Part shown: positions 8,128 through 17,328 of the stretch, piece after piece
How the letters are laid out: every line of letters starts with the position of its first letter
Position numbering within the stretch: position 1 is the first letter of the stretch
Source: an uncultured Bacteriovoracaceae bacterium
GTDB taxonomy: Bacteria > Desulfobacterota > Desulfomonilia > UBA1062
Length of the DNA stretch: 64,000 nt
Direction: 5' to 3'
NCBI GenBank assembly: GCA_964600235.1
Contig: CAZRIV010000001.1
Coordinates: 286,727-350,726, forward strand
Notes under the pieces: generated by a model
Told to the model about the DNA's origin: nothing
Databases searched by the model: none
Seen by the model: only the letters and a program-made list of their open reading frames with translations
Translations under genes and position numbers: made by a program

Positions 8128-10038
8128 CTACAGAGATATCTTTGCGGCAAATCTGTATGTCCTGCCCTGGACGGGATACCAGGAGGTGCCCCAGGATGAT
8201 TTGTAGACATATTCTGGTGACTGGTCATCCAGGAGGTTGTCTATCTTGAAGGATATGGTGGCGTTCCTGCTGACTTCCAGCAGGGCCCCGGCATTGAGCA
8301 GGTAACGGTTGTCCGTTTTTTCCGTATTGGCATCATCCTGGTACGAGCCCTTCCTGAATTGATATGCCAGGGAAAAGGTCGTGTTCCTGCCGGCTATCTC
8401 CGGCAGGTAATCGGCCTGGAGATTGAGCACCTGGTCGGGCCTCTGGCCGAGGTCGTTGCCCTTGTACGGCCCGCTTTCAAAGGTATTGCGGCTCAGGATG
8501 TAATTCGTTGAGAGCTTGCACACGCTGACGGGCGCCACCCAGGCGTTCGCCTCCAGGCCTGAAGACTGCGCCTTATTCACGTTGATGTAGGTAAAGCTGC
8601 CTTCTGATGGGTAATCCGCCTTGATGAGGTCGCGGTAGGCGGTAAAGAAGTAGTTGGCGCTGAAGCCGCAGGTGTTCAGGGAGACGGTCGGTCCCGCATC
8701 CCAGCTGAACGACCGCTCTGGCTCGAGATCAGGGTTGGGCACAAAGATGAAAAAACTCGATGAGGGGGCATAGAGCTTTCCCATGTCGGGAAGAAGATAG
8801 CCCGTGCCTGCATTCGCCTTTATCTGCACATGATCCATGACCTTGTATGCGAGACCTGCATGGTATGACCATTCATCGTCGAAATCCGAGCTGCTGTCAT
8901 ACCTGCCGACAAGCTCCATGAAAACCTTTTCCAGGTCTGCGGATGTCGATAAGGAGGCGCTGCCGTTGCTGCGGGAATGGGTGCCATAATCATCCGAGCG
9001 CATCCGTTCACCGAGGTATTCGGCCATGGGTGTGACGGTGAACATACCGAACTTCCTGGAATATGCGGCAGAGACGTTCCTGCTGTTCATCTTGGTCGTG
9101 TTGTCATTGCCCGGCCCCCATGAGGGTCTTTCATTCCTGGTCTCATTGGTCGATGCCCAGGTGCGCAGGGTGAAGGACTGATCCTCGGCCATGGACTTTC
9201 TGGATTCGAACAGGAACGTGTTCTGCGAACTGTCGATCCGGTCGTCGGGTGTCAGGTATCCGGGTTCGACCCCGGGCGATCCGTTCGACTGGTCGATGAA
9301 GTTGCCCATGAGCGAGCTCTGCCAACCCTGGACATCAAATACCGCCTTGAAAAGGCCTGTGGTGTTCTGTGTCGAGTTGTTCTCCCGTTTCGTCCATGAC
9401 CCGTCATCTCGTCTATATCGATAATCGTTGTCGGCAAATGCATGGGTGATGTTCGCCAGGAGGCCTGCCTGACCTGCCGAGGCGCTCGCATGGCCATGGT
9501 AGAGGCCATAGCCATAGGTTCCCTGTGATGTATAGAGGTCATATTCTTCCACTGGCCCCGGGCTCTGAGTAACGAGATTGACGATCCCTCCCATTGCCGA
9601 TTTCCCGAAGGCCGCACTGTTGCTGCCCTTGATGATCTCAATCCGTTCAATATCCGGGAGCATGAACTGTGACAGGTCCACCATGTCTCCAGTCAGGGGA
9701 TTAAGAGGTATGCCGTCTAAAGTGACGAGGGTCTGCCTGTAGCTGGAACCCCTGAGAGTCACTGGTGAGGTCGTTGCACCGCCGTAGTCGGAGTAATCTA
9801 CCGACGATGCCCTTCTCAGTGCCTCACCGGTATCGACAAGTCCTGCCGAGTCCGGGGAAGGGACGATGATGTCTGAAAAGGATGTCGGGGCCTTTTTCAC
9901 GACCGAGCCATCAGCCTTTTTTTCCACCGTGGGCGTGACAACGATTAAGATATCCGATGCCGCATGAGCTTGAGGGTGCAAAAATGCCCCAAGTACGAGA
10001 GCCGTGAGGAGAAACACAAACGCTTTCAGATGGTCCAT
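8128..10038 (-). CDS. btuB: TonB-dependent outer-membrane receptor, likely cobalamin (BtuB-like)
   Basis: Signal peptide, TonB-box/plug region (DIIV..., TLDGIPLN, IEIIKG), a large beta-barrel, and a cobalamin riboswitch in the 5' UTR. Confidence 0.8.
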   Translation of the reverse strand: MDHLKAFVFLLTALVLGAFLHPQAHAASDILIVVTPTVEKKADGSVVKKAPTSFSDIIVPSPDSAGLVDTGEALRRASSVDYSDYGGATTSPVTLRGSSYRQTLVTLDGIPLNPLTGDMVDLSQFMLPDIERIEIIKGSNSAAFGKSAMGGIVNLVTQSPGPVEEYDLYTSQGTYGYGLYHGHASASAGQAGLLANITHAFADNDYRYRRDDGSWTKRENNSTQNTTGLFKAVFDVQGWQSSLMGNFIDQSNGSPGVEPGYLTPDDRIDSSQNTFLFESRKSMAEDQSFTLRTWASTNETRNERPSWGPGNDNTTKMNSRNVSAAYSRKFGMFTVTPMAEYLGERMRSDDYGTHSRSNGSASLSTSADLEKVFMELVGRYDSSSDFDDEWSYHAGLAYKVMDHVQIKANAGTGYLLPDMGKLYAPSSSFFIFVPNPDLEPERSFSWDAGPTVSLNTCGFSANYFFTAYRDLIKADYPSEGSFTYINVNKAQSSGLEANAWVAPVSVCKLSTNYILSRNTFESGPYKGNDLGQRPDQVLNLQADYLPEIAGRNTTFSLAYQFRKGSYQDDANTEKTDNRYLLNAGALLEVSRNATISFKIDNLLDDQSPEYVYKSSWGTSWYPVQGRTYRFAAKISL

Positions 10039-10094
10039 CTGGACGCCTCCATGGAGTATTCCCTTGGAGTCTCCACCCAGGCACGCGGGTGTAG

Positions 10095-10250
10095 TCCGGA
10101 CTACGGATAGGTCTTCTGGCTCACGGATCGTATTGACAGCCCTTGCCTTCCCGCTTTCGCAGTGGCCTGCACCGGACTGCCCTCCCCGTTCACAGCGGCG
10201 GCCCCGTCCCGGAATCTCACCGGGTTCCCTTGAATCCGCAGCAGGGTAAG
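10095..10250 (-). ncRNA. cobalamin (B12) riboswitch in the 5' UTR of the TonB-dependent receptor
   Basis: Read on the minus strand: AAGGGAACCCGGUGAGAUUCCGGGAC...GCCGCUGUGAACGGGGAGG...AGUCCGGUGCAGGCCACUGCGAAAGCGGGAAGGC...GAGCCAGAAGACCUAUCC. This matches the conserved core and the B12 box of RF00174. A GGAGG RBS lies 7 nt before the ATG. Confidence 0.75.
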
Positions 10251-10393
10251 GCTCTGATAGCAGATTGGTTTTGGGGTGTCAATCATGCCGGCAGCGACCA
10301 TGGAAGAGTTTTTCATCCCATATACCCGCCCTCCGGAGCAGCATCGAATTTTTCCTTGTTGCGCTTAGCGTGAATCTCTGGCATAGAGGGTTT

Positions 10394-10465
10394 ATGAAAA
10401 CAGTATCGGCACGCATATTTTTCGGCTATTATTTCTGGTTTAGGAAGTGGCCGCCTGTGGGCTGA
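10394..10465 (+). CDS. putative aromatic-amino-acid attenuator leader peptide (23 aa)
   Basis: ATG with an AGAGGG RBS encodes MKTVSARIFFGYYFWFRKWPPVG* (8 of 23 residues are Phe, Tyr or Trp). It sits immediately upstream of an intrinsic terminator and the DAHP synthase gene. Confidence 0.5.
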   Translation: MKTVSARIFFGYYFWFRKWPPVG

Positions 10466-10487
10466 GCTGTTCGTACGCGAGCACAAA

Positions 10488-10525
10488 GGCCGTGGGTGGT
10501 CACCTTCCCGCGGCCTTTTTCTTTT
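10488..10525 (+). terminator. intrinsic terminator / attenuator hairpin upstream of aroF
   Basis: GGCCGUGGG-uggucaccuu-CCCGCGGCC (9-bp stem with one G-U pair) followed by UUUUUCUUUU. It lies 22 nt after the leader stop codon and about 50 nt before the aroF start. Confidence 0.6.
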
Positions 10526-10574
10526 GGCCTGATGGAAGTGACGCACACGGCACATAAAAGTAAAGGAGGCTAGT

Positions 10575-11594
10575 GTGATCATTTCCATGAAAAAAAATGC
10601 TACTGCTGAAGAGATCGACCATGTCAAGACCCTCATCGAATCCTTCGGATACCGGGTTCATGAGAGTGTAGGTGCTGAAAGGGTCATCTTCGGCGCCATC
10701 GGCGACGAGAGGGGCAAGGAGAGGCTCACGTGCCTCGAGGCCCAGCCCGGCGTTGAAAAGGTGATCCGCATACTCACCCCGTACAAGCTCGCTTCCCGTG
10801 AGACAAAACCCGAACCCACTGTTGTCGACATTGGGATGGGCGTCAAGGTGGGAAACAGTAAGATAGCCATCTTTGCAGGACCATGCGCTGTGGAGTCCAG
10901 GGAACAGATCATGGAGGTTGCAAAGACCATCAAGGAGAGCGGTGCACATATCCTCAGGGGCGGCGCCTTCAAACCCAGGACCTCTCCCTATGCGTTCCAG
11001 GGGCTGAAGAATGACGGGCTCCTGCTCCTGTCCATGGCAAGGGAAGAGTACGGCATTCCCGTTGTCACCGAGGTGATGGACATCGGCAGCATCGAGGTAA
11101 TCCTCGAGAATGCCGACTGCCTCCAGATCGGGGCGCGCAATATCCAGAACTTCCAGCTCCTCAAGGAGGTCGGCAAGACGGAAAAACCGGTTCTCCTGAA
11201 GCGCGGCATGTCCACCACCATCGAGGAGTTCATCATGTCGGCCGAGTATGTCATGGCCGGAGGCAACAGCCAGGTTATCCTGTGCGAACGCGGTATCCGC
11301 ACATTCGAAACCGCCACGCGCAATACGCTCGACATTTCGGCCGTCCCGGTGCTCAAGGAAAAGACCCATCTCCCCGTCATCGTGGACCCCTCCCACGGTA
11401 CCGGCCATGCCCGCTATGTCGAGGCCATGTCCTATGCCGCCATTGCAGCCGGGGCGGACGGTCTCATGATAGAAGTCCACCCGAAACCCGAGGAGGCCCT
11501 CTCGGACGGACCCCAGTCCCTGAGGCCTGCAGAGTTCAGCAGGGTCATGGAGGGCATCAAGCGCATCGCCCAGGCCGTGGGGAGGGACGTATGA
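10575..11594 (+). CDS. aroF: 3-deoxy-D-arabino-heptulosonate-7-phosphate synthase, class I-beta with N-terminal ferredoxin-like regulatory domain
   Basis: GTG start with an AAAGGAGG RBS. The catalytic core reads GPCAVES...KPRTSPY...QIGARN...VDPSH, preceded by an N-terminal regulatory domain of about 70 aa as in Thermotoga-type DAHPS. 339 aa. Confidence 0.85.
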   Translation: MIISMKKNATAEEIDHVKTLIESFGYRVHESVGAERVIFGAIGDERGKERLTCLEAQPGVEKVIRILTPYKLASRETKPEPTVVDIGMGVKVGNSKIAIFAGPCAVESREQIMEVAKTIKESGAHILRGGAFKPRTSPYAFQGLKNDGLLLLSMAREEYGIPVVTEVMDIGSIEVILENADCLQIGARNIQNFQLLKEVGKTEKPVLLKRGMSTTIEEFIMSAEYVMAGGNSQVILCERGIRTFETATRNTLDISAVPVLKEKTHLPVIVDPSHGTGHARYVEAMSYAAIAAGADGLMIEVHPKPEEALSDGPQSLRPAEFSRVMEGIKRIAQAVGRDV

Positions 11595-11638
11595 GGGCAT
11601 TGCATTTTGCCGGGTGCTTCACTACAATATGAATAAAT

Positions 11639-12166
11639 ATGGCTTACTTCATGCCCCAGCATAGAAGGGCCCTCCATTGCGGGTCAACCCTCGCCGAGGG
11701 GATCGTCTGCAAGGAACTGAGATGGAACGTACAGGGGGTCTATGACATCCAGACCTTTGCAGATCATGGTGCCCTTGAACTCAGGGAAGGCGTCTTTGCT
11801 CAGCTCGTGATGGTGGAGCTTGCAAAGGCCGCTTTACCGACCCACTATCGTGTCTGCCTTCATGATACCGAGATTTTGGCCTTTTTGCAGGAGAACCCAT
11901 CTGTTGATCTGCTCTCGTTCATTACCTTCATCATGACCCACGAGCTATTACATATTCACCGGTTTGCCACAGGCAAGGCCGACTTTTTTGGAGACCCTAA
12001 GGATGAAGAGCTTGTAGTGGACACCCTCACCAGGCTCTTCTTTGCGAAAAATCCCGTGACCGGTCTGAGAAAGGCCCTCGACATCCTTGACAAGGTGGAG
12101 GCGGCGCCACTATATAACGAGCACATCGTGAACGACCAAGGGAGGATTGTCCGTGCCTATTTATGA
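11639..12166 (+). CDS. hypothetical protein with HExxH motif (possible small metal-dependent hydrolase)
   Basis: 175 aa ORF carrying [12 protein letters not shown]. No confident family assignment from sequence alone. Confidence 0.45.
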   Translation: MAYFMPQHRRALHCGSTLAEGIVCKELRWNVQGVYDIQTFADHGALELREGVFAQLVMVELAKAALPTHYRVCLHDTEILAFLQENPSVDLLSFITFIMTHELLHIHRFATGKADFFGDPKDEELVVDTLTRLFFAKNPVTGLRKALDILDKVEAAPLYNEHIVNDQGRIVRAYL

Positions 12167-12428
12167 ATATCAGTGCTTGAAGTGCCGGGGTGAATTCGAA
12201 GCCATGCAGAAATTCAGCGATTCTCCGATAAAGAAATGTCCATCATGCGGGGGTGCGGTCAGGAGGCTCATATCCCGGTCCTCTTTTCAGCTCAAGGGGT
12301 CGGGCTGGTACGTCACAGACTACGGCAAAAAGGGTTCTTCGGGCCGGAGCAAGGACTCAAGCAGTTCCTCCGAGTCCTCAACCGACGCAGTTCCTGTCTC
12401 CTCCACATCGAAATCCAATGACGACTAG
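12147..12428 (+). CDS. FmdB-family zinc-ribbon protein
   Basis: N-terminal [13 protein letters not shown]...KCPSCGG CxxC...CxxC zinc ribbon followed by a Ser-rich tail. Confidence 0.7.
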   Translation: MSVPIYEYQCLKCRGEFEAMQKFSDSPIKKCPSCGGAVRRLISRSSFQLKGSGWYVTDYGKKGSSGRSKDSSSSSESSTDAVPVSSTSKSNDD

Positions 12429-12437
12429 GTCAGTCAG

Positions 12438-12911
12438 ATGGCGTTGACCCACCTCGACAAGAAGGGCCGCATCACCATGGTAGACGTGGGCGAAAAGCCG
12501 CCTACGCGCCGCGTTGCCAGGGCGGCAGGGACGATCAGCATGAGCACGGAAGCCTTTGATGCCGCCACGTCCGACGCGTTGAAGAAAGGTAATGTCTTTG
12601 CCACAGCCAAGATAGCCGGCATCATGGCGGCTAAGAATACCGGCACCACCATCCCCCTGTGCCACCCGCTTCCGATAGATCATATAGAGGTTGAATTTCA
12701 TCCGGACAGAGCCACATCATCCATCAGGGCAGAGGCAACCGTCAAGGTTACCAGCCGGACCGGCGTCGAGATGGAGGCGCTGCATGCGGTGAGCGTAGCC
12801 CTGCTGACCATCTATGACATGGTCAAGGCTGTGGATAAGACCATGGTCATCAGCGATATACGACTTGAAGAGAAGTCAGGCGGCAGGGGCGGAACGTATA
12901 AGAGATCTTGA
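12438..12911 (+). CDS. moaC: cyclic pyranopterin monophosphate synthase accessory protein
   Basis: 157 aa; LTHLD...GRITMVDVGEK...KGNVFATAKIAGIMAAKNT...IPLCHPL are MoaC hallmarks. Confidence 0.9.
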   Translation: MALTHLDKKGRITMVDVGEKPPTRRVARAAGTISMSTEAFDAATSDALKKGNVFATAKIAGIMAAKNTGTTIPLCHPLPIDHIEVEFHPDRATSSIRAEATVKVTSRTGVEMEALHAVSVALLTIYDMVKAVDKTMVISDIRLEEKSGGRGGTYKRS

Positions 12912-12945
12912 AGAGCAATTATCAAACCATACTGTATAAACAGAA

Positions 12946-12972
12946 GGGGTGGGCATTTACCCACCCCTTTTT
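12946..12972. terminator. bidirectional intrinsic terminator between convergent moaC and ompA-like genes
   Basis: GGGGUGG-gcauuuac-CCACCCC (7-bp GC stem) followed by UUUUU on the plus strand, with an A/T-rich flank on the other side. Confidence 0.6.
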
Positions 12973-13019
12973 CATGATCGGGCATTAATGTTCTTATGTA
13001 TCATGTCCCCATTCAAGCC

Positions 13020-13715
13020 TTACTGGGTCAGGGGTGTGAGCATGAGTTCCACTCTCCTGTTCTGAGCCCGGCCGTCGGCTGTATCATTGCTGGCTATCGG
13101 ACGGTTCTTGCCGTAACCCGTGGTAATGATTCTGCGGGAGTCGATACCCTGGGAGGCCAGATAGCTGCCAACGCTTGCAGCCCTGCGCTCGGAAAGCGGC
13201 TGATTGATGGCATCCGTGCCCGTGCTGTCCGTGTGTCCCGAGACGTCGATGAGGGTCTTGTTGAATTCATTCAGGACAAGCACCACGGAGTTGAGGACAT
13301 TATAGAAGTTCGCGTTGATGTCTGAACTGTTGGTCTGGAAGGTGATGTTGCCCGGCATGTTGAGGATGATGTTGTCGCCCTGCCTGGTCACGCTCACACC
13401 CGAACCCTGAAGCCTCTGGCGGAGCTTGGCCTCCTGCTGGTCCATGTAATAGCCTACCGCCCCACCGGAAAGTGCACCTACCCCGGCACCGATGAGCATA
13501 CCCTTGCGGCGGTCCTTATGCCCTGTTACTGCAGCGCCGACAGCAGCACCACCTGCAGCGCCGATCAGGCTTCCCCAGGCGGTCTTGCTGACTTTCTGCT
13601 CACCAGTGAAGGGATCCGTTGCACAGCCTTGGGTTAAAAAGGCGATTGAGATTATGAACACGAGGCCATAAGTAAGTTTTTTCATTGTCTTTCCTCCTTT
13701 GTATCCCGTTCTCAA
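13020..13715 (-). CDS. OmpA-family lipoprotein (glycine-zipper N-terminal region plus OmpA-like peptidoglycan-binding domain)
   Basis: Lipobox-like LTQGC, a Gly-rich zipper (GAAGGAAVGAAV...GAGVGALSGGAVG), and the C-terminal OmpA-like motifs TDSTGTD...NRRVEL. RBS AAAGGAGG. Confidence 0.75.
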   Translation of the reverse strand: MRTGYKGGKTMKKLTYGLVFIISIAFLTQGCATDPFTGEQKVSKTAWGSLIGAAGGAAVGAAVTGHKDRRKGMLIGAGVGALSGGAVGYYMDQQEAKLRQRLQGSGVSVTRQGDNIILNMPGNITFQTNSSDINANFYNVLNSVVLVLNEFNKTLIDVSGHTDSTGTDAINQPLSERRAASVGSYLASQGIDSRRIITTGYGKNRPIASNDTADGRAQNRRVELMLTPLTQ

Positions 13716-13820
13716 CGGGTAAAGAATTCCGTGAAGTTCGCGCGGAATTGATTTTCTCTTGTACCTGTATAATAGACGAGGATCCGTCGCATTTTCAAGA
13801 TGTTTTATGACCTTTTATGT

Positions 13821-14420
13821 TCAGGTCTTATGGTCTGCAATAAATGTTTTCACTTCGTGGATGATCCCTTCATAAACCGCTTCTCTGTCCCGGCTTGTGT
13901 CGATGATACGAAAACGCTCCTGGCCGGACACGCTCAAAAATGCCTCCCTGAGTTTATGGTGATACGAAAGATCCTTATGCTCGAACCGGTCAGAGGCCCT
14001 GATGCGGGCAAGGGCCAGTTCCGGGTTTACATCCATGAGAAAGGTCAGGTCGGGTTCGATCCAGGTCCTGGTCTGCCGCATGATCCCCTGTACGGTTTCA
14101 CCACCGAGCCCGCCCACAATGCCCTGGTAGACGATCGTGGAATCGACAAACCGGTCCATGACTACTATCCTGCCGCCTTTCAGCCCCGGCTCGATGACCT
14201 CACTTATGTTCTGCCTGCGGGATGCGAGTATGAGGAGAAGCTCGGCCATGACGTCCATTTCATGCTTGAGAAACAATGCCCGTGCCTCTTCTGAAAAACA
14301 AGAGCCGCCCGGCTCTCTTATCGAAAGCCAGGGCAGCCCTTTTATATTCAGGTAGGAGCAGAGCCGGGCAACATTCGTCGACTTGCCGGCACCCTCTCCC
14401 CCTTCAAAGGTGATGATCAC
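13821..14420 (-). CDS. tmk: thymidylate kinase
   Basis: Walker A FEGGEGAGKST with the DRF and lid motifs; 199 aa; 4-nt overlap with ppdK. Confidence 0.9.
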   Translation of the reverse strand: MIITFEGGEGAGKSTNVARLCSYLNIKGLPWLSIREPGGSCFSEEARALFLKHEMDVMAELLLILASRRQNISEVIEPGLKGGRIVVMDRFVDSTIVYQGIVGGLGGETVQGIMRQTRTWIEPDLTFLMDVNPELALARIRASDRFEHKDLSYHHKLREAFLSVSGQERFRIIDTSRDREAVYEGIIHEVKTFIADHKT

Positions 14421-17089
14421 TTCTTTTTCTTCTCGTCATTCATTGCCGCATGGGCAGCAGCGAGCCTTGCTATGGGTACGCGATAGGGAGAGCAGCTCAC
14501 GTAATTCATGCCCACCTTATGGCAGAATTCTATGGATGAAGGCTCTCCGCCGTGTTCGCCGCAGATCCCCACCTTGAGTTTCTTGCGGGTTTTTCTGCCC
14601 TTTTCTATGCCGATGCGCACCAGTTCGCCCACACCGTCCTGGTCGAGTGCCTGGAAGGGATCCGTGGGAAGGATCTTCTGCTCGACATAATCGGGCAGGA
14701 ACTTCCCGGCATCGTCACGGGAAAGACCGAAGGTGGTCTGGGTGAGGTCATTGGTACCGAAGGAAAAGAACTCCGCCTGTTCCGCTATCTTGTCGGCGGT
14801 TACGGCGGCCCTGGGAAGCTCGATCATGGTTCCCACCATGTAACTCATTTTGACGCCGTAGGATTTGATGATCTCGTCGGCGACCTCTACGGTCATTTTT
14901 CTCAAGGTTTCGAGCTCTCTGACATGACCCACGAGCGGGATCATGATCTCGGGTTCCACATCGATCTTCTCCTTCTTCACCTCGCAGGCGGCCTCGATGA
15001 CAGCCCTCACCTGCATTTCGTATATCTCAGGGAAGGTGATGCCGAGCCTGCAGCCCCTGTGACCCAGCATGGGATTGGCCTCGTGAAGGGCCTCCCTCTT
15101 TGTCTTCACCTCGGCAACGGGTGTCTTGAGGGCCTTGGCCACTTCCGCCACCTCGGCATCCGTGTTGGGCAGGAACTCATGAAGCGGCGGGTCCAGCAGC
15201 CTGATGGTTACGGGAAGCCCGTCCATGACCCTGAAGATCTCCTTGAAGTCGCCCTTCTGCATGGGTTTGATCTTGTCAAGGGCCTTCCTGCGACCCTTCA
15301 CGTCACTGGCAAGGATCATCTCGCGTACGGCCAGTATCCTGTCCGCCTCGAAGAACATGTGCTCTGTACGGCACAGGCCAATCCCCTGGGCACCGAACTC
15401 CCTGGCGACCCGTGCGTCCTTGGGGGTATCGGCGTTGGTGCGTACCCCGAGCTTGCGGTATTCATCGGACCATTTCATGAGTGTTCCGAAAGCACCGGAG
15501 AGTGATGGAGGTATGGTTTTGCATTCACCCAGGATAACCTCGCCCTTGGTGCCGTCCAGAGATACAAAATCACCCCTCTTGATGGTCTCTCCGCCCAGGG
15601 TGAACTTCTGCTTGGCATAGTCAACGACCAGGTCCGGCACGCCTGACACGCAGCACTTGCCCATGCCGCGCGCAACCACCGCGGCGTGCGAGGTCATGCC
15701 GCCGCGGGCGGTGAGTATGCCCTGGGCTACGTTCATGCCATGGATGTCTTCCGGTGAGGTCTCCACACGGACAAGGATGACCTTCTTTCCCTTCCTCGTC
15801 TCCACCTCCGCATCCTCTGCGGAAAAGACCACGCTCCCCACTGCTGCGCCCGGGGATGCCGGCAGGCCCTTGCCGATGATCTTCTTCTTTGCCTTAGGGT
15901 CTATCTGCGGGTGCAGAAGCTGGTCGATCTGCTCCGGAGTCACCCTCAGGACTGCCTCACGCTTGTTGATCAGCCCCTCACCGACCATGTCCACGGCGAT
16001 CTGTACGGCAGCCGCTGCGGTACGCTTGCCGTTCCTGGTCTGGAGCATCCAGAGATTGCCCTCCTGGATGGTGAACTCGATATCCTGCATGTCATGGTAG
16101 TGCTTTTCCAGGGTCTCATAGATCTCTACCAGCTGCTGATACTGCTCGGGGAGCGCCTCTTCCATGGATACATCGGCCTTGCTCCTCTTCCCCTTCACAT
16201 TGATGGGCTGCGGTGTCCTGATGCCTGCAACGACGTCCTCGCCCTGGGCGTTCTTCAGGTATTCTCCATAAAATACATTCTCTCCGGTTGCAGGGTCCCT
16301 GGTGAATGCAACGCCTGTTGCAGAGCCTTCCCCCATATTCCCGAAAACCATGGCCTGCACGTTGACGGCAGTGCCCCATTCATCGGGTATGTTGTTAAGC
16401 TTGCGGTAGGTAATGGCGCGCGGGGTGTTCCACGACTTGAACACGGCCTCGATACCGCCCCATACCTGATCCATAGGGTCTGAAGGGAGCTCGCTTCCGG
16501 TCAGTTTCTTCACCTTCTCCTTCATGATTCCAACGAGCTTCTTCAGGTCTCTGGCATCGAGCTCCGTATCAAGCTTGACACCCTTTTTCTTCTTCATCTT
16601 TTCGAGCTCTTCTTCCAGTTCGTCTGAATCGGCCCCCATGACCACGTCTGAATACATCTGGATGAAGCGCCTGTAGCAGTCCCAGGCAAAACGCTCATTG
16701 CCGCTCATCTTGATGAGGCCGTGCACGGTCTCGTCGTTTATGCCCAGGTTGAGCACCGTATCCATCATGCCCGGCATGGACGCCCGTGCCCCGGAACGAA
16801 CGGAAAAGAGGAGTGGAGCTTCTGTATCGCCAAAACCCAGCCCCATGGAGCGCTCCACCTTTTTGATGGCATCCTTCACCTGGGTCTTCAAGTCCTTGGG
16901 CAGCCCTTTCGTCTCGTAATAAACGGTGCACATGTCTGTAGAAATAGTGAACCCGGGGGGAACCGGTATGCCGAGGTTGGTCATTTCAGCAAGGTTCGCC
17001 CCTTTTCCTCCCAGGACGGCCTTCATATCTGCATTGCCCTCAGCCTTGGTTGCCCTGCCTCCAAAGAGATACACATACTTTTTTGCCAT
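14417..17089 (-). CDS. ppdK: pyruvate, phosphate dikinase
   Basis: 890 aa with the PEP-utilising enzyme domains, a GGMTSHAAVVARG phospho-histidine region, and a C-terminal TIM barrel ending ...NDLTQ. Confidence 0.9.
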   Translation of the reverse strand: MAKKYVYLFGGRATKAEGNADMKAVLGGKGANLAEMTNLGIPVPPGFTISTDMCTVYYETKGLPKDLKTQVKDAIKKVERSMGLGFGDTEAPLLFSVRSGARASMPGMMDTVLNLGINDETVHGLIKMSGNERFAWDCYRRFIQMYSDVVMGADSDELEEELEKMKKKKGVKLDTELDARDLKKLVGIMKEKVKKLTGSELPSDPMDQVWGGIEAVFKSWNTPRAITYRKLNNIPDEWGTAVNVQAMVFGNMGEGSATGVAFTRDPATGENVFYGEYLKNAQGEDVVAGIRTPQPINVKGKRSKADVSMEEALPEQYQQLVEIYETLEKHYHDMQDIEFTIQEGNLWMLQTRNGKRTAAAAVQIAVDMVGEGLINKREAVLRVTPEQIDQLLHPQIDPKAKKKIIGKGLPASPGAAVGSVVFSAEDAEVETRKGKKVILVRVETSPEDIHGMNVAQGILTARGGMTSHAAVVARGMGKCCVSGVPDLVVDYAKQKFTLGGETIKRGDFVSLDGTKGEVILGECKTIPPSLSGAFGTLMKWSDEYRKLGVRTNADTPKDARVAREFGAQGIGLCRTEHMFFEADRILAVREMILASDVKGRRKALDKIKPMQKGDFKEIFRVMDGLPVTIRLLDPPLHEFLPNTDAEVAEVAKALKTPVAEVKTKREALHEANPMLGHRGCRLGITFPEIYEMQVRAVIEAACEVKKEKIDVEPEIMIPLVGHVRELETLRKMTVEVADEIIKSYGVKMSYMVGTMIELPRAAVTADKIAEQAEFFSFGTNDLTQTTFGLSRDDAGKFLPDYVEQKILPTDPFQALDQDGVGELVRIGIEKGRKTRKKLKVGICGEHGGEPSSIEFCHKVGMNYVSCSPYRVPIARLAAAHAAMNDEKKKK

Positions 17090-17261
17090 GAGAAGTCTCC
17101 CTTTTGTCAGATACTCTTACTCGGTTGAAGCCTGCAAACGATAGTATAAATAGAGAGTTTTCTTCAAGGGAAAAATGGCGTTTTAAGGCCTCGTCTCTGG
17201 TCATTCGAGTTCCATCTCACCCGGGCATGAAACAGCACGGTCGCCTAAGGCAGGACATCCC

Positions 17262-17301
17262 GGGCAAAGAAGAAGCGGGGTAGACCGAAGGCCTGCCCCG
17301 C
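17262..17301 (-). terminator. possible intrinsic terminator downstream of the secreted repeat protein gene
   Basis: On the minus strand, GCGGGG...CCCCGC is followed by UUCUUCUUUG. The stem-loop is imperfect with a 15-nt loop. Confidence 0.35.
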
Positions 17302-17328
17302 TTCATGATGTATCTGGATCTGTAGTTA

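Noticed and set aside
10500-11600. 366-aa ORF on the minus strand opposite the DAHP synthase gene
   Set aside because: It is antisense to a gene with unambiguous catalytic motifs, and the product is Gly/Arg/Ala-rich low-complexity sequence typical of GC-rich antisense frames.
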